64,000 nt of DNA from an uncultured Desulfurococcaceae archaeon (GCA_964399035.1 CAYNPH010000037.1:4681-68680), one strand, 5' to 3'. Positions 17,462-27,617 are shown, numbered from the stretch's first letter. Notes: generated by a model from the sequence alone, not told the origin. Numbers and translations: made by a program.

Positions 17462-19048
17462 GTGAGCGGCATGCTTGACTTAATAATTAAGGGCGGGGTC
17501 ATCATCGACGGTTCCGGCGCGCCCCCATTCAAGGCCGACGTAGGGATCAGCGGGAACACCATAGCTAAGGTCGGGGACCTAAGCGGGGAGCGTTGCGAGG
17601 AGGTAATCGATGCACGCGACCTGGTGGTGGCGCCGGGTTTCATAGACCCGCACAACCACAGCGACCTAAGCATATTTGCGGACCCCGCCGCCAGGAACTA
17701 CGTTGCTCAAGGCGTGACGACGTTAGTTGTGGGGAACTGCGGGTCATCCCCCGCACCGGTAACCGACGTGAATAGGGAGGCGATCCACGAGCTGCTGTGG
17801 GGTGAGGCCTCCAAGTCAGTCCCGATTAAGTGGTCGTCCTTTAGCGAGTACCTCGCGGAGCTCGAGGGGTTGAGGAAGTCGGTGAATGTCGTTGCGTTGG
17901 TTGGGCACGGAACCGTGAGGGCAGCTGTGATGGGTTGCGAGGCCAGGGAAGCGACGGATCGTGAGGTGCGGGAGATGGAGGCCCTCGCCACCGAGGCGAT
18001 GGAGGCTGGCGCGGCCGGGATGTCCCTGGGTCTGATGTATGTTCCTGGAATGTATGCTGGGAGGGAGGAACTGATTAGGCTCGCTAAGGTCGTGGGTAAG
18101 TACGGCGGCGTCCTAGCCACCCACATGAGGAACGAGGGCGCGGGCCTCATAGAGTCGGTGATTGAGGTGATCAGCATAGCTAGGGAGGCGGGGGCAGCGT
18201 TAGAGATATCGCACCTGAAGGCCGCGGGGAGAAGTAACTGGGGCTTAGCTAGGAAAGCGCTAACCCTAATAGAGTACTACGCATGGAGGGGCATGGACGT
18301 AAGCGCCGACGCATACCCGTACGACGCGTCATCAACGTTCCTCTCAGCCCTCCTCCCAGGATGGGTCAGGGCTGGAGGTGCTGAGGCCCTCCTACGCAGG
18401 CTCAAGGAACCCGACACGATCGAGCGCCTAAGGAAGGAGTTGAAGGCCGGATTAATGGGTGAGAGGTTCATCAAGTGGGGGGACGTGATAATATCGTCCT
18501 CGCCATCCATGAGAGAACTCGAGGGCTTAAGCCTGATTGACGCGGCACGCGAGTTAGGCGTAGACCCCCTCTCAGCCGCGGTGGAGGTGCTCACGGCGGA
18601 TAAGGGCTTGACGGAGGTCATCATCAAGGCGATGGATCCTGAGGAAGTCGCTGAAGTCATAGCGCACCCGCTGGTGGCTGTGGGGAGCGACGGCCTAGTG
18701 ATCCCGGAACCTAAGGGGAAGCCCCACCCAAGATCCTACGGCACGTTCCCAAGGGTGCTGGGTAGGTTGGTTAGGGAGCGCAAGGTGATGAGCCTACCTG
18801 AGGCGGTGAGGAAGATGACGTCATTGCCTGCGAGGAAGTTCGGGCTCCTTGACAGGGGCCTCATAAGGCCGGGAATGAAGGCAGACGTAGTCGTGTTTGA
18901 CCCAATAGTAATTAACGACACCGCAACCTACGAGGAACCCGTGAGGAAGCCGGAGGGCGTAGTGCACGTCGTAGTTAACGGTGAGCCGGTACTCGTGAAC
19001 GGCGAGCACACCAGTAGGAAGCCAGGGATGTTAGTGAGGCGTGATTAA
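17462..19048 (+). CDS. N-acyl-D-amino-acid deacylase (D-aminoacylase family amidohydrolase)
   Basis: PGFIDPHNHSD, GNCG, THMRNE, ISHLK, GSDG, HPRSYGTFPRVLG. Confidence 0.9.
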   Translation: MSGMLDLIIKGGVIIDGSGAPPFKADVGISGNTIAKVGDLSGERCEEVIDARDLVVAPGFIDPHNHSDLSIFADPAARNYVAQGVTTLVVGNCGSSPAPVTDVNREAIHELLWGEASKSVPIKWSSFSEYLAELEGLRKSVNVVALVGHGTVRAAVMGCEAREATDREVREMEALATEAMEAGAAGMSLGLMYVPGMYAGREELIRLAKVVGKYGGVLATHMRNEGAGLIESVIEVISIAREAGAALEISHLKAAGRSNWGLARKALTLIEYYAWRGMDVSADAYPYDASSTFLSALLPGWVRAGGAEALLRRLKEPDTIERLRKELKAGLMGERFIKWGDVIISSSPSMRELEGLSLIDAARELGVDPLSAAVEVLTADKGLTEVIIKAMDPEEVAEVIAHPLVAVGSDGLVIPEPKGKPHPRSYGTFPRVLGRLVRERKVMSLPEAVRKMTSLPARKFGLLDRGLIRPGMKADVVVFDPIVINDTATYEEPVRKPEGVVHVVVNGEPVLVNGEHTSRKPGMLVRRD

Positions 19049-19076
19049 GCAGTTGCTTACCACGTCACCGCTGACC

Positions 19077-20120
19077 TCACCACCTGTCAATAACGCTCAC
19101 GTGAATGACCTCACGCCCCTCTGGCCTTCTCGGGGTTCCCAACTGCTCAAGGTACTTAATCATGAATACTTCATCGCTCTCAACACGCTCCGCCCCAGCG
19201 CGTTTCAAGGCGTTCAGCGCCGGGTGGTCATCAGGTAAGTCAACCGTCATGCTGGACAGCCCCTTACCCAGTACCCTCTCCGCAACACGTCTTAACGCGC
19301 TAACACAACTCACGTCGTCAATACACGGTAGTTCCTTAAGGTAAGCGTCCTCCCTGCCCTTCATGCCTCTTAAGTCACTCTCCCTCCACGTAGTTAACGC
19401 GTAGTAAGCTACGACGTTACCTGAACGTGACTCACATACCTCTATGTCCTCAGGGTTGCTGTGGAACCACGTGTAGTGGGGGTTCCGCTTAAGCACCCTA
19501 CCCCAGTACTTATCGGACCTCCTAACAACGTAGGCATGAGTTCTCGAGAACTCCTCATACAATTCGCTCAGCGGTTTTGGGTCCCTCGGCACGTACCAGC
19601 TCAGCGACTCACTACCCTCACCAACGCCTAGCAACGTCCTTAAGCACTCCTCGCCACATGAGAGCTTCGCAGGCTTCCATACCCCCTCGAACCCCAGCTT
19701 AAGGTAGATCCTGTGGGCAACGCTTCCCGCACCTGCGAAGAGCGCAGTAGCACTTAAACCAAGCACTTCCTTAACGTGGTTTAACATGTAACTCAGGAGT
19801 AGCTTAGCTAGACCGCGGCCCCTGAACTGCGGCGAGGTGCCCACGTTAGCGATGCCGGCAACCCTAAGTGTCTCTCCACTTCCCAGCGTGAGGTCCCTAA
19901 TGACTACCTGGACGGCGCTCGCGGGCTCCTCGCCCACGTAGGCTATGTAGGCCTTCCCCTCACCCACGCCCTCATCCTCCTCAGCGATTAAGCGCATGCG
20001 CTCAGGCGTCATGCCCGCGTAGCGGAAGGAGTTGAATGCGGAATTAATCACCGCCACTAAGTCCTCGGAGCAATCGGTACTTAGCGGCGAGCACACCCTC
20101 ACTTCAACCATCGCTCCCAA
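19077..20120 (-). CDS. Tandem-domain GNAT N-acetyltransferase (Eis-like)
   Basis: AGIANVGTSPQFRGRGLAKLLL (acetyl-CoA motif A), HRIYLKLGF, second GNAT-like half. Confidence 0.82.
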   Translation of the reverse strand: MGAMVEVRVCSPLSTDCSEDLVAVINSAFNSFRYAGMTPERMRLIAEEDEGVGEGKAYIAYVGEEPASAVQVVIRDLTLGSGETLRVAGIANVGTSPQFRGRGLAKLLLSYMLNHVKEVLGLSATALFAGAGSVAHRIYLKLGFEGVWKPAKLSCGEECLRTLLGVGEGSESLSWYVPRDPKPLSELYEEFSRTHAYVVRRSDKYWGRVLKRNPHYTWFHSNPEDIEVCESRSGNVVAYYALTTWRESDLRGMKGREDAYLKELPCIDDVSCVSALRRVAERVLGKGLSSMTVDLPDDHPALNALKRAGAERVESDEVFMIKYLEQLGTPRRPEGREVIHVSVIDRW

Positions 20121-20185
20121 GCACCCTCATGAGATCCTCACTGCTGACCCCTAATTACGGTGAGGGCCTTTACTTAGGGGCTGGG

Positions 20186-20200
20186 TTAGTAAGTTACTAA
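20186..20200. promoter_or_regulatory. Perfect 15-bp palindrome TTAGTAA-G-TTACTAA in the divergent GNAT/dppD promoter (candidate operator)
   Basis: Read directly; the core GTAA(G/C)TTAC recurs twice at 23435-23513. Confidence 0.6.
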
Positions 20201-20292
20201 ATCTAATTACAGCAATTCTTTATTTTTCAAGTAAATTACGTTTCCCGGCGCCCGGGCCAGCCGGGCTTCCCAACGATTTGGGGGAGTAAGCG

Positions 20293-21246
20293 TTGACGTT
20301 GCTTGAGGTCAAGGACCTGCACGTGCATTACAGGACGCTGAAGGGGGTAGTCAGGGCTGTTGAGGGAGTCACCTTCGAGTTAGGGAGGGGTGAGGCTTTA
20401 GGAATAGGTGGTGAGTCCGGGTGCGGTAAGTCGACCCTTGCTTTCGCGCTCATGAAGCTGGTCCCTCCTCCCGGCAGGATCGTTAAGGGTAAGGTCATCC
20501 TAGACGGGAAGGACTTGACGGGGCTACCGGAGGACACCCTTAGGAAGGAAGTGCGGTGGAAGGAAGTAAGCATGGTTTTCCAGGGAGCGATGAACGCGTT
20601 ATGCCCGGTCTTCACCATAGGTGATCAGCTTGCTGGACCGCTAATGTATCATCAGGGGATGAGCAGGAAGGAAGCGTTGGAGAGAGCCGCTAGGGCCCTA
20701 GAGATGGTTGGGCTGCATCCCGACATGCTGAGGAGGTACCCTCACGAGTTGTCGGGGGGTCAGAAGCAGAGGGTGGTGATAGCTATGGCGATACTGCTGA
20801 ATCCTAAGCTAATAATAGCTGACGAGCCCACCACTGCCCTCGACGTGATCGTGCAGGCGCAGATAATGAACCTATTCAAGAAACTTAAGAAGGAGCTGTC
20901 ATCATCCCTTGTCTTCATAACGCACGACCTCAGCCTCATAGCCGACATAGCGGATAAGGTAGCGATAATGTACGGGGGTAAGTTAGTGGAGTTCGGGCCA
21001 GCGGAGGAGGTCTTCATAGAGCCGAAGCACCCCTACACTCACTTACTCCTGTCAAGCATACCTAGGATAGACAGGAGGACTAAGCTAACGTGGATCCCCG
21101 GGACCCCGCCCGATCTAAGGAACCCGCCGCCTGGGTGTAGGTTCTGGCCCAGGTGCCCGCACGCCATGGACATATGTAAGAGGGAGGAACCACCCATAGT
21201 GGAGTTAGGGCGGGGTCATAGGGTGCTCTGCCACCTATACGCTTGA
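20293..21246 (+). CDS. dppD: Oligopeptide/oligosaccharide ABC transporter ATPase (DppD/OppD)
   Basis: GESGCGKST, LSGGQKQR, IADEPTT, C-terminal GCRFWPRC..CH Fe-S domain. Confidence 0.93.
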   Translation: MTLLEVKDLHVHYRTLKGVVRAVEGVTFELGRGEALGIGGESGCGKSTLAFALMKLVPPPGRIVKGKVILDGKDLTGLPEDTLRKEVRWKEVSMVFQGAMNALCPVFTIGDQLAGPLMYHQGMSRKEALERAARALEMVGLHPDMLRRYPHELSGGQKQRVVIAMAILLNPKLIIADEPTTALDVIVQAQIMNLFKKLKKELSSSLVFITHDLSLIADIADKVAIMYGGKLVEFGPAEEVFIEPKHPYTHLLLSSIPRIDRRTKLTWIPGTPPDLRNPPPGCRFWPRCPHAMDICKREEPPIVELGRGHRVLCHLYA

Positions 21247-21247
21247 G

Positions 21248-22321
21248 GTGATGCACGTGCCCACCCCAGGCAAGGAATTGCTGGTAGTGGAGAACCTGAA
21301 GAAGTGGTTCCCCGTCAGAAGGTCGCTAGCTGACGTCCTAGCCGGGAGGGAAAGGAGGTACGTGAGGGCAGTTGACGGCATCTCGTTCACCGTGGTGTGC
21401 GGCGAGGTATTCTGCTTGGTGGGCGAGTCGGGTTGCGGGAAGACGACGACGGGCAAGCTCATCGTGAGGGCCTTAAGACCCACCTCAGGCAGGATGCTGT
21501 ACAGGGTTAGCGAGGAAGCTATTAACGAGTTGAGGGCCCTCCACGTGCGCTTGGAGGACAACTCATTCATCGATTTAGCAGGTCGCTTCAGAGGTAAGGC
21601 AGATAAGTTGCTAAGGCGTGAAGTGCAGATGATCCTTCAGGACCCGTACGGGTCGCTCAACCCAAGGCAAACCATACGCGACGTGCTTGAAGAGCCCCTA
21701 ATAATCCACGGCGTCGGGAGATCCAGGGACGAGCGCCTCGAACTAGTTGTGAAGGCGCTTGAGGACGTCAAGCTAACTCCGCCTGAGGAGTTCCTCGACA
21801 GGTACCCGCACCAGCTCTCGGGAGGGCAGAGGCAGAGAGTCAACATAGCTAGGGCCCTCCTCCTCAAGCCCAAGTTAATAGTTGCTGACGAGCCCGTCTC
21901 GATGCTCGACGTCTCCATAAGGGCTGAGATCCTCCAGCTCATGCTGGAACTCAGGGACGTTAAGAACCTGACGTACGTCTTCATAACGCATGACTTAGCC
22001 GTAGCTAACAACATCTGCGACAGGATAGCCGTGATGTACCTGGGCAAGATAGTTGAGTTAGGCCCCGCTACCGAAGTAATACGTAATCCCCTGCACCCCT
22101 ACACGAAGGCATTAATAGCTGCGATACCGGAGCCGGATCCACGGAAAGGTAGGGCAATAAGGGAGGTACCCATCAAGGGTGAGGTCCCGAACGCCGTGAA
22201 CGTGCCTCCTGGGTGCAGGCTTCACCCGAGGTGCCCTTACGCTGAGGAGCGCTGCAGGCGTGAGGAGCCGGAGCTTAAGGACGTGGGCGGCGGGCACCTA
22301 GTTGCGTGCCATCTATATTAA
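21248..22321 (+). CDS. dppF: Oligopeptide/oligosaccharide ABC transporter ATPase (DppF/OppF)
   Basis: GESGCGKTT, LSGGQRQR, VADEPVS, GCRLHPRC..CH. Confidence 0.93.
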   Translation: MMHVPTPGKELLVVENLKKWFPVRRSLADVLAGRERRYVRAVDGISFTVVCGEVFCLVGESGCGKTTTGKLIVRALRPTSGRMLYRVSEEAINELRALHVRLEDNSFIDLAGRFRGKADKLLRREVQMILQDPYGSLNPRQTIRDVLEEPLIIHGVGRSRDERLELVVKALEDVKLTPPEEFLDRYPHQLSGGQRQRVNIARALLLKPKLIVADEPVSMLDVSIRAEILQLMLELRDVKNLTYVFITHDLAVANNICDRIAVMYLGKIVELGPATEVIRNPLHPYTKALIAAIPEPDPRKGRAIREVPIKGEVPNAVNVPPGCRLHPRCPYAEERCRREEPELKDVGGGHLVACHLY

Positions 22322-22379
22322 GGTACTGTAAAGTAAGCACGCCTCATGCGCGAGTCACTCACCCCTAACCGCTCCCGCG

Positions 22380-23378
22380 TTACTGCCCCGACACGGACTT
22401 CTTCTCGAGCATACGTATGAACCGCGACACCGTTATGTCGATTATGTCCTCCGCTATGGTGGCTATGAGGTCTAACTCGTTAAGTATTCCCTGCATGCTT
22501 AGCGGTGCTTCCTTCCTCATGCTCATGACCTTCCTCCTAAGCTCCCTCCTCATCTCGAGGATTCTCGACGCCGCCTTCAGGTTGACGCGCCTGTACGCGT
22601 AGAGCGTGTCGAAGATTATTTTGCTAGATAGCCTGAAGAGTTCGAGCAACGCGTCCCTTATGGGCTCCATTTCTACCCCTTGGAGTATCCGCACGCTCCT
22701 GTCTAGGGCGTCACCCACATGCTCTATCGAGCGTATGAGCATCGCTATGTCAAGCAACTCCCTAGCATAGCTAACGTCCTTCTCAAGCAGTTTAGTCATT
22801 ATGGTCCTCTTAGCCAGCCTGAGCCCCAGGAAGAAGAGCCTATCTAACTCGTCATCGCCTCTAAGCACTTCCTCGCCGTACCTCGTGTCCCCTGTCTCGA
22901 TGAGCCTCTCAACGTACGAGTACATGCCCTCCAGAACCTTAATCATCCTGTTAATGACTTCATCGAAGCTAACGACGCTCTCTGATATCGCGATCTTAAT
23001 CACGACCTCGTTACCCTCACCCTCCACCACCACAACACCGGGTAGCTTGGAGGAAACATCGCTAAGGGCTGGTGTAGGCCCCTCAAGCTCCAGTGAAATC
23101 ACGTCGTGTCCCTCCGTGTAGCACCCGGAAACACACCTATCCACTAGAACCCCGCAGTCACTGGCCTTCAGCCTAACCACGGGCTCGACAGGCTTACTGG
23201 CCTCAAACTTTCTGGGCCTTATGCAGATATAGCCGGACTTATCGAAGAGAACATCAACAGTGTCTCCGGGGGAAATCCCTAGGAGGTCCACCCACTTCTT
23301 AGGGAGGGTGACGGCGTATGACTTCTCACCCACCCTGATTACCTTTCTTGTCTCCAGCCAGGACAAGGTAGGCACCAC
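22380..23378 (-). CDS. AbrB/SpoVT-PhoU domain transcriptional regulator
   Basis: N-terminal RKVIRVGEKSYAVTLPKKWV (AbrB fold), then PhoU repeats (DDELDRL, EHVGD). Confidence 0.85.
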   Translation of the reverse strand: MVPTLSWLETRKVIRVGEKSYAVTLPKKWVDLLGISPGDTVDVLFDKSGYICIRPRKFEASKPVEPVVRLKASDCGVLVDRCVSGCYTEGHDVISLELEGPTPALSDVSSKLPGVVVVEGEGNEVVIKIAISESVVSFDEVINRMIKVLEGMYSYVERLIETGDTRYGEEVLRGDDELDRLFFLGLRLAKRTIMTKLLEKDVSYARELLDIAMLIRSIEHVGDALDRSVRILQGVEMEPIRDALLELFRLSSKIIFDTLYAYRRVNLKAASRILEMRRELRRKVMSMRKEAPLSMQGILNELDLIATIAEDIIDITVSRFIRMLEKKSVSGQ

Positions 23379-23434
23379 ATATACTTAAGGATAAGTAAGT
23401 AATATGCTTATTCCTTAATCTCATGAAAGTAACG

Positions 23435-23513
23435 TGTAAGTTACATGGTGATCGAAGAATAATAAAGTTAGTAGTTAGGTGCTTCGGTAACGTATACTGT
23501 TAGTAACTTACTT
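23435..23513. promoter_or_regulatory. Two palindromes TGTAA-G-TTACA (23435-23445) and AGTAA-C-TTACT (23502-23512) in the regulator/SBP divergent promoter
   Basis: Read directly; same core as the 20186 palindrome. Confidence 0.55.
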
Positions 23514-23570
23514 TCCTTACATATAATGTAATACCAGAGCGTCTTTATCGAGACCTCACCCCCTACTTAG

Positions 23571-25541
23571 GTGGGGGTAAATATTATGCGTAGGTACCTC
23601 CCACCGATTCTAGCGTTGGTGTTGGTAGCATTAACCGTAGCCGCGCCCTTGGCAATGACGGTCAACGCCCAGGGAGTTGAGGTGGTTCTCGCCACACCAG
23701 CGTGGAAGACGCTGAACCCGCTAACCTACAGGACCGTGTATGACGACATTGTGCTGGGGAAGATATACGACACCCTAGTCAGGAAGTGGGTTGACGGAGT
23801 AACTATTAAGCCTGAGATAGCGGCTAGCTGGGAGTTCAAGCACGAAGGCAACAACAAGGTGCTGATATTCCACCTAAGGAAGGACGTGGTGTGGCATGAT
23901 GGTCAGCCACTCACCGCTGATGACGTGGTCTACACCATTAACTTAGTGAGGAGCAAGCCTCAGGTCTACATAGCGCCCAGCAAGTACGTTTATGAGGGCC
24001 TCCTCAACGTGACGGAGCCCGACAAGTACACGGTTGAGCTGACGTATGACGCGACGAAGGCCGCGGCGGACAGGTTCCTGCTCGAGGCCTTCACGACGCT
24101 CTACATAGTGCCGAAGCATATCTGGGAGAAGCTACCGGACACCACGGCCTCCCTGAGCAAGCCTGAGGACATGGTTGGTTGCGGTCCCTTCAAGGTTGTT
24201 GAGGTTAAGCCAGGGCAGTACGTGAAGCTAGTGGCTTTCGATAAGTTCTTCAGGGGCAAGCCGGAGGTTGACTCACTCCTCATTAAGGTGGTCAGCGACA
24301 GGAACACCTTCGCGATGATGGTTAACACTGGTGAGGTTGACGCAGGGTACTTCTACTTCTTCGGCAAGCTCCTTGAGTCCCTGCAGAAGACCGTTGCTAA
24401 CAACCCCAACATTAAGATCTACAGGTGCCCGTCAACGTCAATACACATGCTAGTCCTGAACATTCACAAGCCGTTCTTCCAGAACGTGGAGTTCAGGAAG
24501 GCGATAGCGTACGCCATCAACGTCACTGCCATAGTGACTAAGTACTACGGCAAGGACGGGGCGATACTGGGCACGATGGGCTTCCTAGGGCCAAGGTTCG
24601 GCAACTACTCATACTACGTGCCTAAGGAGGAGGTCTACCCGTACAACCCCGACCTAGCTAAGAAGATACTCGACAAGCTGGGGTATAAGGACGTCAACGG
24701 CGATGGCTGGAGGGAGACGCCGGACGGCAAGCCACTAGTGCTCGACCTAATAACTAGGGCGCCGGGTGACTCCTTCTTCAGGGACGCCATAGCTGACGAG
24801 ATAGCTAACTACTTAGCTAAGGTAGGGATTAAGGTGCAGGTAGAGAAGCTGGCCAGCTCCGTCTACTGGTCAAGATGGGGCAAGATGTCCTATGACATGG
24901 CTATCGTGGGTTACGTGCCTCACAGCCCGCTAGCCCTCAGCTGGTTCACCACCGGCGACCCCGGCAACGTCGTCAAGTACAGCAACCCAGTGTATGACGC
25001 CCTAGTAAGTAAGTTCGTCACTAGCGGCGACCCGAAGTACGCGTGGGAGGCTGAGAAGATACTGATAAAGGAGTGCTTCCTCATAGGCCTCTACCACCCG
25101 ATAGTCGCCACGCCGTACAGGGTCGACAAGTTCAAGGACTGGATAGCGAGCCCCGTAGGCTTGACCGCGGGCTTCTGGTCCGTGCTGGGATCTAAGCTAG
25201 TGCTAGGCAAGGAGGGCCCTGTAGAGTTCAGCGCGCAGGCACTAATTAAGAACTGCCGCCTACCCACTAAGGAAGAGTTAGTGAAGCTCAACCCGGACCT
25301 AGCCGGCACGACACCCACCGTAACGACCGTGACGAAGACCTCCGCAACAACCATAGTTAAGTCCGGCACCACCACGGTCTACAAGACCGCCACCGTAACC
25401 GAGACGAAGAAGGAGGTCAGCACCACGACAGTCACTACGACCGTCGCTGGCGGTACTAACACAGGCCTCATCGCCGGAGCGATAATAGTGGGCATAATAA
25501 TAGGTCTGATAATAGGTTTCGCAGCTTTCAGGAGGAAGTGA
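23571..25541 (+). CDS. ABC transporter substrate-binding protein, family 5 (Opp/Dpp), with Thr-rich linker and C-terminal TM anchor
   Basis: TLNP, IYDTLV, PEIAASW, FHLRKDVVWHDGQPLTADDVVYT, GCGPF, YPYNPDLAKKIL. Confidence 0.93.
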   Translation: MGVNIMRRYLPPILALVLVALTVAAPLAMTVNAQGVEVVLATPAWKTLNPLTYRTVYDDIVLGKIYDTLVRKWVDGVTIKPEIAASWEFKHEGNNKVLIFHLRKDVVWHDGQPLTADDVVYTINLVRSKPQVYIAPSKYVYEGLLNVTEPDKYTVELTYDATKAAADRFLLEAFTTLYIVPKHIWEKLPDTTASLSKPEDMVGCGPFKVVEVKPGQYVKLVAFDKFFRGKPEVDSLLIKVVSDRNTFAMMVNTGEVDAGYFYFFGKLLESLQKTVANNPNIKIYRCPSTSIHMLVLNIHKPFFQNVEFRKAIAYAINVTAIVTKYYGKDGAILGTMGFLGPRFGNYSYYVPKEEVYPYNPDLAKKILDKLGYKDVNGDGWRETPDGKPLVLDLITRAPGDSFFRDAIADEIANYLAKVGIKVQVEKLASSVYWSRWGKMSYDMAIVGYVPHSPLALSWFTTGDPGNVVKYSNPVYDALVSKFVTSGDPKYAWEAEKILIKECFLIGLYHPIVATPYRVDKFKDWIASPVGLTAGFWSVLGSKLVLGKEGPVEFSAQALIKNCRLPTKEELVKLNPDLAGTTPTVTTVTKTSATTIVKSGTTTVYKTATVTETKKEVSTTTVTTTVAGGTNTGLIAGAIIVGIIIGLIIGFAAFRRK

Positions 25542-25649
25542 GGGCGCGGTAATCCTCCCAAACGATTAATTTTTCTTCTGCTTTGCTTTGACACGAGGCA
25601 ATCAATGCAGCCGTAGGTCAAAGCGTAGCCCTCCCACCATCAGCAGGCG

Positions 25650-26648
25650 GTGAGCAACATGAGCAGTAGTAGGGGTATGCTGGGGTACGTCCTCGCTAAG
25701 CTACTGCACAGGCTAGCCACACTTGTCTTCATAATGGCGCTCATCTACATATTAATGCGCCTCGCCCCCGGAACCCCTTTCGACCAGTACTTAGCTATGG
25801 GTAAGTTAACTAGGGAACAGTACGAGTACCTCCTCATGAAGTGGGGTTACAAGGACAACATACTCGTGGGTCTAGGTAAGGTTATTTACGGGATGTTTAC
25901 CCTCTCCCTATTCAAGATGAACTCACCCGTGTGGAACCAACCCATCCTTGAGCTAGTCACTACTAGGCTAATCAATACGTTGGGCCTCATAATCTCAGCC
26001 TACCTCCTCGGCTCCATGCTCGGCATGCTTCTGGGGCTGTACACCGCGAGGAAGCACGGCACCAGTGGTGAGGCAGTGATTCTCTGGGGAGCCCTTGTCT
26101 ACAGGTCCTTACCGGTCTTCTGGTTGGGTATGATATTCCTGTACTTCCTCTCCTACATAGGCGGGTTCTTCCCCTTCACCGCCACCTCAGAGATAAGTCC
26201 CTCCAATATCTTCCACTACGTTGTTGACTGGTTCTGGCATAGCATACTCCCCCTAATATGTCTCTCGAAGCTCGCCGCGGTCGGTTACCTCTTCACAATA
26301 AGGAACATGATCATGGACGAGATGTCCAACGACTACGTAACCACGTTGAGGGCCGTGGGGTACAGCGAGCACGTCATCCTCGAGAGGTACGTGATGAGGC
26401 ACATAATGCCTCCCGTCATCACCATGATGGCGATAGATATAGGCTTCCTCTTCGGCGGTGCCGTAGTTACTGAGACCGTATTCAACTACCCCGGTATGGG
26501 GCGCTTGATCTACGATGCGATATGGAGTAAGGACTACCCGGTCGTTCTGGCAGCGTTCTACATAGTCGCGTTAGCCGTGATTATTTCCGTCACCATAGCT
26601 GAGATAATGTACGCGTACCTAGACCCGAGGATAAGGGCTACGAGGTGA
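25650..26648 (+). CDS. dppB: ABC transporter permease (DppB/OppB)
   Basis: RLAPGTP, EAA-like loop DYVTTLRAVG, ETVFNYPGMG, DYPVV, YAYLDPRI. Confidence 0.92.
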   Translation: MSNMSSSRGMLGYVLAKLLHRLATLVFIMALIYILMRLAPGTPFDQYLAMGKLTREQYEYLLMKWGYKDNILVGLGKVIYGMFTLSLFKMNSPVWNQPILELVTTRLINTLGLIISAYLLGSMLGMLLGLYTARKHGTSGEAVILWGALVYRSLPVFWLGMIFLYFLSYIGGFFPFTATSEISPSNIFHYVVDWFWHSILPLICLSKLAAVGYLFTIRNMIMDEMSNDYVTTLRAVGYSEHVILERYVMRHIMPPVITMMAIDIGFLFGGAVVTETVFNYPGMGRLIYDAIWSKDYPVVLAAFYIVALAVIISVTIAEIMYAYLDPRIRATR

Positions 26649-26651
26649 TGC

Positions 26652-27611
26652 GTGATGGTTGACAAAGTGCGTGGTGTGGTTGCTGGGCACTCGAGGGTTA
26701 GTGGGCGGGGCCTCGCTCACGCCCTCTCAAGGCTTGAGGACCCGCTGTACTACGTCCTCCACCATCGCATGGGGGTCGTTGGCGTCGCCATACTGACCTT
26801 CATCGCGATAATGGCGTTATTCCCGCAGCTCTTCACGCCCTACGCACCCACGCAGATATTCGAGCAGAACTTCGCGCCCCCATCCTCCCAGCACCTCTGC
26901 GGCACTGACTATGAAGGGAAGGACGTGTGGACCCAGATAATATACGGGGCTAGGGCATCCCTGCTCGTGGGATTCATAGCCACAATACTCACCATAGCTA
27001 TAGGCGGCTTCATAGGAGTGCTCTCAGGGTACTACGGAGGCGTCCTTGATAACCTCTTAATGTTCTTCAGCGACTCACTCATGCTCCTACCCTCACTCCT
27101 CCTACTGATAGTGTTCGCGACCATGTTCAGGAACGGTTTCATAGTCGCTAAGCTCACGGGCGTGGGGAGATGGACCCTCTGGGACACCGCCATAGTGATC
27201 GCGTTAATCGCGTGGCCATCGACCGCCAGGATGGTTAGGGCGCAGGTAATGCAGCTTAAGAACAGACCGTACGTGGAGGCAATAAGGATAATCGGGGCCG
27301 GGCCCTGGAGGATAATGTTCAAGCACATACTACCCCAGACAACCCCACTACTCCTCTCAAGGATAACCGTGCTGACACCGGGCTTCATGGTAACCGCAGC
27401 CTCCCTCTCCTTCCTTGGTCTAGGGGATCCCAACACCCCGGACTGGGGATACGTGATGTACACTGCCTACAAGAACATGTTCACGGTAGTCACGGAGAAT
27501 AACTGGTTATGGATAGTGCTCCCCGGGTTACTCCTAGCGATTACCGTGATGGGGTTCATATGTGTTGGTGAGGCAATAGACGATTACCTGAACCCGAAGC
27601 GCAGGAGGTGA
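26652..27611 (+). CDS. dppC: ABC transporter permease (DppC/OppC)
   Basis: HLCGTDYEGKD..IYGARASL, EAIRIIGA, KHILP, LSFLGLG, PDWG. Confidence 0.92.
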   Translation: MMVDKVRGVVAGHSRVSGRGLAHALSRLEDPLYYVLHHRMGVVGVAILTFIAIMALFPQLFTPYAPTQIFEQNFAPPSSQHLCGTDYEGKDVWTQIIYGARASLLVGFIATILTIAIGGFIGVLSGYYGGVLDNLLMFFSDSLMLLPSLLLLIVFATMFRNGFIVAKLTGVGRWTLWDTAIVIALIAWPSTARMVRAQVMQLKNRPYVEAIRIIGAGPWRIMFKHILPQTTPLLLSRITVLTPGFMVTAASLSFLGLGDPNTPDWGYVMYTAYKNMFTVVTENNWLWIVLPGLLLAITVMGFICVGEAIDDYLNPKRRR

Positions 27612-27617
27612 GCTCAC

